Shown here one piece after another: positions 1 to 9,969 of a stretch of DNA of 64,000 nt. The translations under genes were made by a program, and so were the position numbers. The stretch spans positions 96,001 to 160,000 of the forward strand of contig CAVRVY010000003.1 in the NCBI GenBank assembly GCA_963724765.1. The letters run 5' to 3'. The notes below the pieces were generated by a model. It ran no database searches. It was given only the letters and a program-made list of their open reading frames with translations, and was not told the origin of the DNA. The stretch's first letter is position 1; every line of letters begins with the position of its first letter. This DNA comes from an uncultured delta proteobacterium (lineage in GTDB: Bacteria; Desulfobacterota; Binatia; Binatales; Binataceae).

Positions 1-149
1 GTTATATAGAGCGATGCTAACTGGGTTGGCTGAAGGAGTCTGAGGTCGCACGCCAATGAACGTTACTTTGAAGCCGGCTCCGCAGGGGCGCAGCTTTGTA
101 GCGCGCATTTCCCAGGTGTAAAGTCAGCGTCAAAACAAGGACGATCGCG

Positions 150-349
150 ATGGACGAAGAGGAGAAGCTTCAGACCGTGTGGCGTTTCTACAAGGCCGCT
201 AACGATGGTGATCTTTTGGCATTGTCGAAGCTGATGACTGACGACGTGATTGGAAAGATGCCGGCGCTGGCTGAATCTTTACCCTCCGCGATGGTCTGAT
301 TTGCCGGTTCCGAGAGTACTCGTGGGAGGCGGGAGTAGCTAAGCAATAG
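150..349 (+). pseudogene. SnoaL/NTF2-like protein remnant with internal deletion
   Basis: MDEEEKLQTVWRFYKAANDGDLLALSKLMTDDV (SnoaL N-term) is joined out of frame to IFTLRDGLICRFREY (SnoaL C-term); the middle is missing. Confidence 0.55.
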
Positions 350-475
350 GACGAACTGTGAACTCATGCGGCGCTCGAGGAGCAACCGAATCGGGGATTC
401 TTGAAGAGGTCTGCCAAATTCTAATCGCCTGCGGTGCTGTTCGTGTTCCTGCTGCTGGTTCAAAAGGAAATTTGC

Positions 476-865
476 ATGAGCGGCGAGAGGGTTTTCGTTT
501 ACCAAGTCGGTGTCGCCTTGTGGCTCGCCCGGAACACGGCGACAGGATTTAGCGTCGCTGCAGAAAGCCGCGAGGCCGCAATTGCCAATTTCAAGCGCAT
601 CTGGGGCGGTCGCGCCGGTTTTACCTTCGTTGATGGGCCTCCTCCGCCTCCCCCGCGCCCTCGCTTCAGAACCGATGAAGCCGAAAAGCTCACGCCCGAG
701 AAAGAGTCTGCCGCCGAGCCCCAGCTCGATCACCCATTTGCCCACGTTTTCGCTGAAGAGCTCAAGCGCTTCCATCCTGACCACAACCCGCCCGACACCA
801 GCTGGTCGTGCGATGAAGTGGTGGCCGCATTGCTCCGGTTGCGTGAGGCGCATCGGGATGCTTAG
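476..865 (+). CDS. Hypothetical protein: HicB-like N-term, poly-Pro linker, C-terminal J-domain-like HPD segment
   Basis: ATG at 476; FSVAAESREAAIANF, PPPPPRP and FAEELKRFHPDHNP motifs. Confidence 0.5.
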   Translation: MSGERVFVYQVGVALWLARNTATGFSVAAESREAAIANFKRIWGGRAGFTFVDGPPPPPPRPRFRTDEAEKLTPEKESAAEPQLDHPFAHVFAEELKRFHPDHNPPDTSWSCDEVVAALLRLREAHRDA

Positions 866-883
866 CGACCACGGTCTCGTTCA

Positions 884-994
884 TGCCGCGCTATCGTCCA
901 AGTTCGTTTGTGTTCCGGAGGCTTCGGGGCTGGAGCTGCGGAGTAAGATGTCCGAAGCGGCGAATCGGGGGCAGGTTCTGAGTCCGAGAATCTA
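884..994. repeat. Diverged ~110 bp direct repeat, copy A
   Basis: tgccgcgctatcgtccaagttcgtttg...ggcttcggggctggagctgcggagtaagatg...caggttctgagtccg aligns with 1585-1695. Confidence 0.8.
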
Positions 995-1069
995 TAGAAG
1001 ACAGGGCGACAAGAACCGAGTATCGAAACCCAATAATGCACGGCGTGCGAGCGATGCACGCAGACGCTT

Positions 1070-1564
1070 ATGAGCAACGTACTGAATTATTTTGGAGCGG
1101 GTTCCAAACTCGAAGGCAAAATTCATCTTGCGGGCGCGACGAAGATCGACGGTTGCTTAGACGGTGAGCTGACCACCAGAAGCCCCCTGTTCATCGGTGA
1201 GCGAGCAGAGCTCAACGCTGAGATTAATGGCACCTCAATTGTAATCGCCGGCATCGTTAAAGGCACTATTACCGGAACGGAGCGCATCGAGCTTCGGCCG
1301 ACGGCTAAGGTGAATGGCAGTCTGACTTCACCAGCATTGGTGGTTAACGAAGGCGCCTATCTAGAAGGATATTGCTCGGTGAACCGGATGACCGCTCTCG
1401 AACGAGAGCCCGGGCCGTCGGAAACGGGCGAGCTTGGGAACGCACAGGTCTCATTCTTTATAACCGAGAAACAAAAAGCCCAGCTGCGGACCAGAGGCTA
1501 TGATGATGCTGAAATCGGCAAAATGAGGCCCGCTGAGGCGCATAGGCTTCTCGGGATTGTTTAA
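1070..1564 (+). CDS. Bactofilin (polymer-forming cytoskeletal protein) with C-terminal extension
   Basis: GSKLEGKIHLAGATKIDGCLDGEL...IELRPTAKVNGSLTSPALVVNEGAYLEG beta-helix pattern. Confidence 0.9.
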   Translation: MSNVLNYFGAGSKLEGKIHLAGATKIDGCLDGELTTRSPLFIGERAELNAEINGTSIVIAGIVKGTITGTERIELRPTAKVNGSLTSPALVVNEGAYLEGYCSVNRMTALEREPGPSETGELGNAQVSFFITEKQKAQLRTRGYDDAEIGKMRPAEAHRLLGIV

Positions 1565-1584
1565 AGCAAGTCGCGGCCTGATTC

Positions 1585-1695
1585 TGCCGCGCTATGGTCC
1601 GAGTACGTTTGCGCTTCTGGCGGCTTCGAGGCTGGGTCTGCGAAGTAAGATGATCGATGCCGTAATCCGGGACAGGTTCGGAGCCCGCAAAGCTA
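1585..1695. repeat. Diverged ~110 bp direct repeat, copy B
   Basis: tgccgcgctatggtccgagtacgtttg...ggcttcgaggctgggtctgcgaagtaagatg...caggttcggagcccg. Confidence 0.8.
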
Positions 1696-1848
1696 GCCTC
1701 GAAGTGCTGGCGTTCTTCGCGGTTCGGTTAGCAAACCGTTAGCAAGGGTTTCCAAGTAACTGGAATTGTTGAGTTTCTAGCCCGCTACCGGTCTGAGCAA
1801 ACGTATGGTGCAGCCCTTACGCACCCGGTCGCCTGCACCATTACCGGT

Positions 1849-2370
1849 TCAGCCCTGAATCACGTTGCCGTCCTGGTCGAACCTAAGCGCGGTCTGCTTG
1901 GCTCTCTCCAGGACTTCGGGCGACCAGGTGACGCGGCCAGGGTCGGTACCGCCGAGGATCGCCGTTAAGCAGGCGGGCTCCTTGCCGATGTTACGAAAGC
2001 CACGGATCACTCCCGGCGGCACGGAAATGGTATCCCAGGCTTCCAGAACGATCTCGTTTTCCCCGCGATCGCCCCAGACGATGGCCCATTGGCCGGAAAG
2101 CGGGGTGAAGACTTCGATCGTCAGGTGGCTGTGCAAAGCAGCACCCTTGCCCGGCTGGGCCTTGACGTAGGTCAGGTCGAAGTCGCGCGCATCGGGGATA
2201 GCGGGCCTCAGCGAGGCGTCCTCGGTCACACCGTTGCCGATCACGTTGTAGATCAGGCGTTCGTGACCGGGGATCTTGCTGTCCACGAATGCGTACTCGC
2301 TGGGTACCAGCCTCTTCCAGCGCGCAACCCGCTTGAGCATTTCCTCTTTGGAGACTTGCAGATTAGCCAT
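1849..2370 (-). CDS. Cupin domain protein
   Basis: GKGAALHSHLTIEVF...DTISVPPGVIRGFRN cupin motifs. Confidence 0.85.
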   Translation of the reverse strand: MANLQVSKEEMLKRVARWKRLVPSEYAFVDSKIPGHERLIYNVIGNGVTEDASLRPAIPDARDFDLTYVKAQPGKGAALHSHLTIEVFTPLSGQWAIVWGDRGENEIVLEAWDTISVPPGVIRGFRNIGKEPACLTAILGGTDPGRVTWSPEVLERAKQTALRFDQDGNVIQG

Positions 2371-2767
2371 ATAGATTTCTCCTTGTCGTAGCCGAAAATA
2401 CCGCAGGTCTGGACCAATACGGCTACACGATCGCCGTCGTACGGATCTCCACCATCAAGGCCGAAAAGGCAAGACGCTCTATCTGGACGATCGTCGAAGC
2501 CGGCGCAACAATTCCGGAATACACTTCGTGCTGGAGCCTGCCGCGAGCCACGCGCGCGAGACCGGAATCGGCGGGCAACAACCGAAACGATGGAACGCGC
2601 GAGGTTAAGCATGCCGGCGATATTGCAGCGGTGAATCCCCAAACTCTAGACTTTTCGCCGCCTTCGGAGTTTTCAGCAGGCACAGGAATCAAATAATGCT
2701 TAGCACTCACGATGAAGCGCCCATCGGGGGCGTGCATGGCGACCGATTGCTCAACTCGAACCTGAAT

Positions 2768-2990
2768 AAACTTCGATGAGAGTTCTGAGTCGACGCGGGA
2801 TTTGGCGACCAAACTGGCTCGGAATAACGCCTCCAGACTGTATCTGATGCACGTGGTCTTTCTGCCGTGTATCGGACCAGGGATTCCCTTGGGAGAGAAT
2901 TTTCAGCAGGGACAGGCTGATCGTGATGTAGCCGACGTTATTGCGCCCGTCAAAGAGCAGCGTCGAATATTCATTGTCTGGCATGATTCC
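2768..2990. pseudogene. Abutting fragments: universal stress protein N-term (+) and enoyl-CoA hydratase N-term (-)
   Basis: NFDESSESTRDLATKLARNNASRLYLMHVV on +; MPDNEYSTLLFDGRNNVGYITI on -. Confidence 0.4.
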
Positions 2991-3075
2991 CTCCTGGTCG
3001 GTGGCGAATCTGCGCAAATTAGATCAACCGCGCCCCCTTGCCCGCAAGGGCCGACAAGCTATATTGCACTCTTAG

Positions 3076-4349
3076 CAGGGTGCGGAAAAATGCCGAGTAG
3101 TCATGAGTTGCTCTGTTTCCACGACTCGATATTTTCAGGGTCGAGAGGCGCGTGAGGGCCGAGTGCGTCCGCGGCTCGCAGCTTCGCGACTCTGTTCAGG
3201 TAGTGACCACCGTCAGGGTGCGCATCCGCACCAGGTTGTAGGCTGCGGCGGCGAAGGTGAACATCCAACCGACCCGAGCAACTCCGCGATGACGAGTCTT
3301 GCGCAACAAAGCAACGGTCTTGAGCCAACCGAAGGCTTCTTCGACCCGCTTGCGCCGCCACTGGCTCAGCGCGTAGCCGGGGTGGCGGCTGGTACGCCGG
3401 TCGATCGCGGTCGCCGGCTTTTGCGCCACCTGCGGCGTGACTCGGTGGTCGCGCAGCTCGCGCACAAGCTCTTTGGCGTCGTAACCCTTGTCGGCACCGA
3501 GCGTCACCCGTCCAAAGCCCGGGAGCTTTTCCACCATCGCCAGCGCGGCCTCGCGTTCGGCGCGGCCGGTCGCCTGGGTCAACCGCGTGTTCACCACCAG
3601 ACCGTTGCGATTCTCCATCAGCACATGCCCCAGATAGCAGAGCCTGGCCTCGCGGCCGCTGGCCTTCCTATACAGTCGCGCCTGCGGGTCGGTAGTCGAT
3701 TGGTGGGTTGCGTTGGAGCGCCGCTCACCGTGGAAGTCGACGCTCGGATTGCCGGGATCATCCGGCGGAGTCTGCTTGTGGTCCTTGGGCTTGAAGCTCT
3801 TGTGTCCGGCCCAGGCCTCGATCAGGGTTCCATCGACCGTGAAGTGCTCAGCCGAGAGCAGATCCTGAGCTTGCGCCTGCGCCACCACTTGTTGAAAAAA
3901 GCCTTGCGCCACTTCGCCCGCGAGCAGCCGCTCCCGGTTCTTGGTGAACACCGTGACATCCCACACCGCATCGTCCATGCTGAGTCCCACGAACCAGCGG
4001 AACAGCAGGTTATAATCAAGCTGCTCCATCAGCATGCGCTCGCTGCGCACCGTGTAGAGCACTTGCAGCAAAAGCGCGCGCAACAGCTTCTCCGGCGGGA
4101 TCGACGGCCGCCCGCTCTTGGCGTAGAGCGCATCGAAACGCGGCCCCAACTCCTTAAGCGCCGCATCGACCATCACTCGAATCGCGCGCAGCGGATGATC
4201 CGTGGGCACACGGCGTTCTGCCGAAATGTAGCTGAACATCCCGCTCTGCTCGTGGTCCGTCCCGCGCATCACCACATCCTCCTCCGACGACGGTTACCCA
4301 TTCCTCTACATGCCATCAAAAAGAAATGCGATCCTTTTTCCGCATCCTG
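3076..4349 (-). mobile_element. Complete IS5-family insertion sequence
   Basis: Terminal IRs cagggtgcggaaaaa / tttttccgcatcctg; TTAG duplicated at 3072-3075 and 4350-4353. Confidence 0.92.
3196..4275 (-). CDS. IS5-family transposase (DUF772 + DDE)
   Basis: GRPSIPPEKLLRALLLQVLY, FTVDGTLI, LGADKGYD, RKRVEEAFGWLK. Confidence 0.95.
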   Translation of the reverse strand: MVMRGTDHEQSGMFSYISAERRVPTDHPLRAIRVMVDAALKELGPRFDALYAKSGRPSIPPEKLLRALLLQVLYTVRSERMLMEQLDYNLLFRWFVGLSMDDAVWDVTVFTKNRERLLAGEVAQGFFQQVVAQAQAQDLLSAEHFTVDGTLIEAWAGHKSFKPKDHKQTPPDDPGNPSVDFHGERRSNATHQSTTDPQARLYRKASGREARLCYLGHVLMENRNGLVVNTRLTQATGRAEREAALAMVEKLPGFGRVTLGADKGYDAKELVRELRDHRVTPQVAQKPATAIDRRTSRHPGYALSQWRRKRVEEAFGWLKTVALLRKTRHRGVARVGWMFTFAAAAYNLVRMRTLTVVTT

Positions 4350-4416
4350 TTAGGTCATTTGGGGAATGTCGGTTCAAAGCATTGACGCTGGGGTTGCAGA
4401 AGCGAAACATGGCATA

Positions 4417-4989
4417 ATGGATATCAATGAGGCGATCTCTGGCCGCCGCTCGGCGCGTGAATACACGGCACAAGCCGTTGATGAGCAAACCATCCGTCGT
4501 TTGATCGACGCCGCCGTGCACGCACCGAACGCGGTAAACCAACAGCCGTGGATGTTCACGGTCGTACGCGATCAGGGTCTGCTCGACAGGATCTCGCGCG
4601 ACGCCAAGTCCCATATGCTCGCGACCGTGCTGCCGACCATGCTCGCCGGCCCCCAGTCCGACCACTTCCGATCGCTGCTCAATGATCCGCATTTTCACAT
4701 CTTCTATCGCGCGCCGGTACTGATCTTGATTTCGGCGATCGCTCAAGGTCCCTGGATCGTCGAAGACTGCGCATTGGCGGCTGAGAATCTGATGCTTGCC
4801 GCGTATGCTGTTCGACTCGGCACGTGTTGGATTGGCTTCGCCCAGAGCTTCCTTAATACGTCGGACGGTAAGAAGGCGCTCGGTCTTTCTGCGACGTGGG
4901 TGGCAGTTGCACCAATCATCGTTGGCCATCCGAAGGCTGCGCCGCCGCCCGTCCCCCGCAAGGAGCCAGAGATCCGCTGGGTTGGCTGA
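4417..4989 (+). CDS. Nitroreductase family protein
   Basis: RRSAREY...APNAVNQQPWMF...ENLMLAAYAVRLGTCWIG. Confidence 0.92.
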   Translation: MDINEAISGRRSAREYTAQAVDEQTIRRLIDAAVHAPNAVNQQPWMFTVVRDQGLLDRISRDAKSHMLATVLPTMLAGPQSDHFRSLLNDPHFHIFYRAPVLILISAIAQGPWIVEDCALAAENLMLAAYAVRLGTCWIGFAQSFLNTSDGKKALGLSATWVAVAPIIVGHPKAAPPPVPRKEPEIRWVG

Positions 4990-5319
4990 CGATGCTCCTG
5001 GACCAGGCCGCCAACCTCTTAGTCAAGCATAAGGTCGGCGGGTTGCCACTCATGGACGGTGGAAAGCTTGTCGGCATCATTACGGCAATCGAAATGCTGC
5101 GGGTTTTCGGCGAAATGCTCGGTACTGCCGGCCACAGCGCCGGCGAAGGCGCGACGCGCGATGCTCGATCCGGCGATCATGGTCGCGCCTATGCTGTGGT
5201 TGTGCTCGCCCGACGCCAATGCGATAGGCGGCCAGCGGATCGTGGCGAACAAGTGGGATCCATCTCTGCCGGCGAACGAAGCGACGCGCCGCGCGTTCGG
5301 GCCACTGCCATGGACGTAA
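4990..5319 (+). pseudogene. CBS-domain fragment fused to SDR C-terminal fragment
   Basis: AANLLVKHKVGGLPLMDGGKLVGIIT (CBS), then DPAIMVAPMLWLCSPDANAIGGQRI (SDR tail). Confidence 0.5.
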
Positions 5320-5328
5320 GCGGGCACC

Positions 5329-5455
5329 TGTGCCTCCTGAAAACTCTGAAAACGCCGAAGCCTAGTGATTTGAGATCTCGAACACCATCGCCAAAACAGG
5401 CGGAAGCCCTGACGGTGCCATTGGACGACCGTGCCGGGCTTGACCAACATCATCA
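5329..5455 (-). mobile_element. Internally deleted rve-integrase-type IS remnant
   Basis: Terminus tgtgcctcctgaaaac, identical to 25801; VKPGTVVQWHRQGFRLFWRW resembles the transposase at 51.2-52.3 kb. Confidence 0.7.
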
Positions 5456-6080
5456 CGTTTCTATCTCCTTGCCGCAAAATGCGGACCGAAAAAAGGAAGC
5501 CCTGGCCCTCGCGCGAGACGTGCTCCGGGGAACGAAGTACGAAGAGGATTGACGGAGCGCCTTCAGGCGGAAGCTGAATCGCGAGGCCAACAAGGATCAG
5601 ATGAAATCCGAGCTCGCGTTTCCGCCCGATCAGTGTCAGGAAACCACAAATCTTCTTGAAGAGTTTGCCGACAAGCTCGAGGCCTCATGCGGTTTTCGCG
5701 GCAACGCGTCTGAACGTTAGCTTAGGTCCGATACGCAGCTATTGAGCGGCGGAACGACAAAGAGCGAGGGTCATTCCCAATTTCCTTTCTTCTCCAATTC
5801 CGACAGGGCGTCTTGGTAGATCTTCATCAGGTCGTCCGCGGCCGGCTCCGATTCGGCCATCTCAGGATTCTTCTTGTGCTCGGCCTGCGCCCTAACCCGC
5901 TCCTGATAGTAACGCAAGATTCCCGGCGTACGGTCGGCGAAGGCGGAGCGACGATCCTCGGCTGAAGGGCAATTAAAAATGACTGACCCCGAGCGTGCTG
6001 TCGAAGAACTGCGCTTTGGTGAGACAAAGTGGCTGGGCTGACCTTTCTGTCGCAACGGCATTGCCCTTTGCATTTCGCGT

Positions 6081-9017
6081 CTAGCGCAAAAGATCTCTAT
6101 AATCTGACACACCGCGTTTTCCTAGTTCATTGATAAGTCTAGTCGCTGTTTGCGCTGCCTCTCCTCCTTTACTCATAGCGCTAGATAGGACGGCTCTCAC
6201 GGGCTCGCGATTCAAGAACACGTGTAGAGTCTCTTCCTTCGCCTGCGCCAACCGTTCGAGGCATCGAATCGCCTCATCCGGAAATGCTGCACAGACTTCA
6301 GCTAGCCGCTCAAGTATGCCGTACGAGAATCGGTCTAGTGCTCTTGTGTCAAGCGCCGCAAGGGCAAGGGCCTCCTCAAGCTGACTTATAGCCCACGTAT
6401 CATCGAATACTGCAGAACGGAACCACTCGACGAAGGAAGCCATCTCCCTAGAATATTGAATTTTGCTTTCGGAACTTCTTGCCTCGGCCAAGCGGCATTC
6501 CCAAAGTCTTGTCAGTCTGGCGAGTAACTCTGCGTCGGGAGGTCGATCTGTTTTTTTCGATTCGAAAAGCCAGCGTCCAATGGCTTCTAGAGCGTATGCC
6601 CTAGCCTCCACCGGAGCGTGGGCGAAAAATCCAACGAGCAAAGGATCGTCAAGATGCAGCTTGCCTCGCCAATACATTCCCATCAAGTGTGCTGCAAGAT
6701 TTCCCTTGAGGTCGGCGCCTCTGGCTTTTAGTCGGGCGGGCTTTCCCAAACGCTCAATAGCAAGGGCGTACTGCGGGCGTAGCGTCAGAAACACGTCATC
6801 ATACGCTGGGCAAAAAGCCAGATATGTACTCCACGCAGCCTCCCAATAAAGCCAGGTGTTCGGGTCGTCCGGGAAAATCCTGCGAGCGTTGTCGGCGACC
6901 CATTTGGAATCAATCTGATGGAGCCATGGAAACCACCTGCCATAGATTGATCGAATAGATAGTGACGGCTCCAAATCGAGCGCTAGGTGCTTATCGAGCA
7001 CATCTCGTACCTCTGGCATTTCGACAAAGGTTGGGGTAGCGCCGCCGGTCTTTGCCTTTTCGAGAGAGTTACGCACCCAAATTGCGTAGTGGACGATTGC
7101 ATGCATAGCGACGCCACGTGTCGCATTTATAGAGATCTCAGAAGGCGCGCTATTACTTTCTAACTGTCGTGCTTCGCGATCAGGTTTTGGATCAGGATCA
7201 TCGGAAAGAGGGCCAAGGAGTCTCCAGACATCGTCTCGCAACTCAAACGGAATCTTACCTTTGTCTCCGGACATTGCCACCTCAAGAAGGTATGCAATGG
7301 CGTTCCTGGTCCAAGTCCAATCGCGATCCTCTTCTACCCAATATGGGACCTCGTTCAGTACATCCGCATCCGCTTGGCTCAGAATCCATGAACAGAGATC
7401 TAGCACGGGTTTCCATTCAAACGCCCGCCCTTTGCCGATCGCATCACGAAGGCCGTGCAACAGCGACCGCACATAAGTTGGGTGGCAAACGCTGAATGCT
7501 TGAGCGTGTCTCGCGAACCTTTCGGGATCGTCAGCGATCACAGATGTTAATTCACGTCCGAGCCCCTCTCGCGAGTCTCCCATAAAATCCCGAGACGGCT
7601 TCCAATCTCGTAAGTATGAGACGAGCGTCTCGACCGGCATTTCGCGGATGTCTTCCGGCTTAACGGGGCTGGACGGACCAACGAACTGCTGAACATAATG
7701 AGGAAACTCGATGTGCTTCTCGGCTGGAAATTCCTGAGCGAGCTTCTCGTAAAGCGCCTTCATAGAAGCAGGTACGCGCGCTTCAAACCAACTCAGACGA
7801 ATGAATTGCCATCGACGCTGCTCTTGCGCTGCTTGCTCGTCGGTCATTTTTTTGTCGAACGGCCAGTTTTTATGCGACTGTGCCCAACTCTCGTAGTTTG
7901 CCTTGAAGTACTCCGGTGGCGGCGGCTTGGCGATCCAATCTAAAATCATTTCTTGCCGATCGCCTGTTAGTCGAGCGAAGTATTGCCGCAAAACCAGCAC
8001 GTACTCGTGCCGGTAGTGTAGGTCATCAAATAGTTCCCGCTGCGTGAGAAATCGGGCCGCTATGGTCAGTGAGTCAGGTCCATCCAGGAAGACATTCAGG
8101 GCGTACAGAGCAACTCGCGTGAAGATGCTCCAAGCTGGCCGTCTCGCTTCCAAAGCTTCGATGACGCTCGGCAGCATCCCCACATCGGTTCGAATTATTT
8201 GTGTGGCAGCGTCGCGGACAGCGCTTACGAGCAGCGATTTTATTAGCGGTAACTGATTTTGCTCATGGTCTTCTACGGCGGGGTGCCAGATATACGACAA
8301 GTCCTCGGAACCTTCGTTCCGGGGTTGCCGGTGCGAAAGTTTAATGGCTTGGTCAAGTAGGTTGCAGAGTAAACTGAGGACGTCGGTACCGGCATTCGCG
8401 ACAAGCTCAGGGATATTCTTCTTAAGGATCTGTTCGTAATGCCAAAGGTCGAATCGAGCCCGAGGCTCTGGGAGTATGGGAAGCTCCGAATCGTCAGATC
8501 GTGGATCTGGTACCACCGCAAGAAGCGCTTGCGCTAGCCTCAATGCTTCCTTTGTTTTTCCACCACGTGCCAGATGGGCGGCTAAGGCACCAAACCTTTC
8601 GGCCAAGAATGTTAGTTGATAGGCTGGTTGCGTCCAATTGATAGCTACTTCGATCAAATCGGCAGCGACATCGGCAGGCATCGCGAGTGCTGCCTGAACG
8701 AGGTTCTCGTACACAAGAGGATTACCGTTTGCCGGTATTCTCTTTATGATCTCTTTGACGAGATCGGGTTTATGACCCGCCATGCGGGCAAGATATTGCG
8801 ATTCAGGCCATGGCGGAAATTGGACGGTCCCCTGCGACTCATCACGTATGACATCTGGCGGTTTAGTGAAAAGCTTCGCCTTCCAGAGAGGCTCAACCCA
8901 CTCCGGATTCTCTAGCCGATCGAAGAAGTAGCGGTAGTGAGCCTGCCGCGCGAGCTGTAGCGTGGCTTTCGCTACTTGCTCAGGAGTTGGCTTCTTCCAG
9001 GATTTTGTCGAGTTCAT
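6081..9017 (-). CDS. Large (~978 aa) predicted alpha-helical hypothetical protein, possible defence sensor
   Basis: Long ORF; likely start MNSTKSWKKPTPEQV overlaps the upstream gene; YFFDRLENPEWVEPL and WPESQYLARMA motifs; no NTPase motif seen. Confidence 0.8.
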   Translation of the reverse strand: MNSTKSWKKPTPEQVAKATLQLARQAHYRYFFDRLENPEWVEPLWKAKLFTKPPDVIRDESQGTVQFPPWPESQYLARMAGHKPDLVKEIIKRIPANGNPLVYENLVQAALAMPADVAADLIEVAINWTQPAYQLTFLAERFGALAAHLARGGKTKEALRLAQALLAVVPDPRSDDSELPILPEPRARFDLWHYEQILKKNIPELVANAGTDVLSLLCNLLDQAIKLSHRQPRNEGSEDLSYIWHPAVEDHEQNQLPLIKSLLVSAVRDAATQIIRTDVGMLPSVIEALEARRPAWSIFTRVALYALNVFLDGPDSLTIAARFLTQRELFDDLHYRHEYVLVLRQYFARLTGDRQEMILDWIAKPPPPEYFKANYESWAQSHKNWPFDKKMTDEQAAQEQRRWQFIRLSWFEARVPASMKALYEKLAQEFPAEKHIEFPHYVQQFVGPSSPVKPEDIREMPVETLVSYLRDWKPSRDFMGDSREGLGRELTSVIADDPERFARHAQAFSVCHPTYVRSLLHGLRDAIGKGRAFEWKPVLDLCSWILSQADADVLNEVPYWVEEDRDWTWTRNAIAYLLEVAMSGDKGKIPFELRDDVWRLLGPLSDDPDPKPDREARQLESNSAPSEISINATRGVAMHAIVHYAIWVRNSLEKAKTGGATPTFVEMPEVRDVLDKHLALDLEPSLSIRSIYGRWFPWLHQIDSKWVADNARRIFPDDPNTWLYWEAAWSTYLAFCPAYDDVFLTLRPQYALAIERLGKPARLKARGADLKGNLAAHLMGMYWRGKLHLDDPLLVGFFAHAPVEARAYALEAIGRWLFESKKTDRPPDAELLARLTRLWECRLAEARSSESKIQYSREMASFVEWFRSAVFDDTWAISQLEEALALAALDTRALDRFSYGILERLAEVCAAFPDEAIRCLERLAQAKEETLHVFLNREPVRAVLSSAMSKGGEAAQTATRLINELGKRGVSDYRDLLR

Positions 9018-9702
9018 CTGTAGTTTTGAAAAACTCTCGGAAGAAAGCGCCCAGCGCTGCCTCAAGACGTTCAAGGCAGCCCTTGACCATGTCCTCATCC
9101 GATGTCGAGTCGTCGGACGGCGGAGAAGGCCGATTTGATATATCAGACCCGGTCGCCGGAACATGCGCCCTGCCCACCGCCAGACGTCCTATTGCCCTCC
9201 ATTCCCTTCTCAAAAATGCAAAGCGAGCCTCAGCTGCCGGGTCGTCTGGTTCAATCATTTCAAACAGGCGATCCCATCTCCTATCATTGGCGTCGCGGCC
9301 CTCCGCATGAGTTCTGACAAGGACTCCCATCTTTAAGTACACGGATCGCGGCAATTTTACATCGGTGATCTTTGGGTTGCTTCCACTCTCCGGATCGGGT
9401 GGAAGCGTACCGTCCGATGGCAAACCATGTTTTCGCCAATCGTTTTCGATCTTATCGCAGAGATCCTGATACTGAATGTGAGCGGCCCGTGGGGCTCCCA
9501 TGGCGTCCGGCAGCCGATTTACAATTTCACGAATCGCATGCGCCACGAAGCGCACCTTACCGGGGAAGTGTGCCTCGGAGAGAATTCTTAAGGCTCCCTC
9601 GTACAGCTCCGCCAAATCAGATGCATGTCGACGGAGCGAATCCGCCACTTCCCTACGCAAGGGAGGCAAATCGTCGGTGACCTCGGCTGGGGGCGATTCC
9701 AT
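8980..9702 (-). CDS. Hypothetical protein, HEPN-like (pPIWI-associating nuclease-like) domain
   Basis: LAELYEGALRIL...VAHAIREIVNRLP...LAVGRAH helical pattern with conserved-looking RE and H residues. Confidence 0.6.
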   Translation of the reverse strand: MESPPAEVTDDLPPLRREVADSLRRHASDLAELYEGALRILSEAHFPGKVRFVAHAIREIVNRLPDAMGAPRAAHIQYQDLCDKIENDWRKHGLPSDGTLPPDPESGSNPKITDVKLPRSVYLKMGVLVRTHAEGRDANDRRWDRLFEMIEPDDPAAEARFAFLRREWRAIGRLAVGRAHVPATGSDISNRPSPPSDDSTSDEDMVKGCLERLEAALGAFFREFFKTTDELDKILEEANS

Positions 9703-9969
9703 TTAGTTGAAGTCACTTCGCGTGGGACGCTCGCAGCCTTGGCAACGGTCGCCAACAAGCTATCGGAGGGTCACTTCACCATACGTGCCATTAGCCGGAT
9801 TCAGATCCGTACGAACGGGGAGGGGGTCGGGTCGTGCCCAGACCGGCCCGACCTTGAGTCGGGCAAGCCCGCCCAAAGAACCGGGATCGTGGCCGCGCCT
9901 TCTCTTCCGCAACGGAGCAATCTAACATACTGGAACCAGCATTAACACCCGGCCCTATCCGCCTACAGC

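Noticed and set aside
1780-1830. c-di-GMP-I riboswitch-like gctaccggtctgag...tatggt
   Set aside because: Lacks the GCAAA elements and the GAAA tetraloop stem
3103-4353. Long antisense ORFs over transposases and enzymes (also 21433-22326, 37425-38426, 53854-54594)
   Set aside because: Shadow ORFs expected in high-GC coding DNA opposite well-supported genes
9018-9164. 5' extension of the 1027-aa ORF, or a programmed frameshift fusing it to the upstream gene
   Set aside because: The extension overlaps the upstream gene and looks non-coding; an ATG at 9017 gives ordinary coupling, and there is no canonical slippery heptamer
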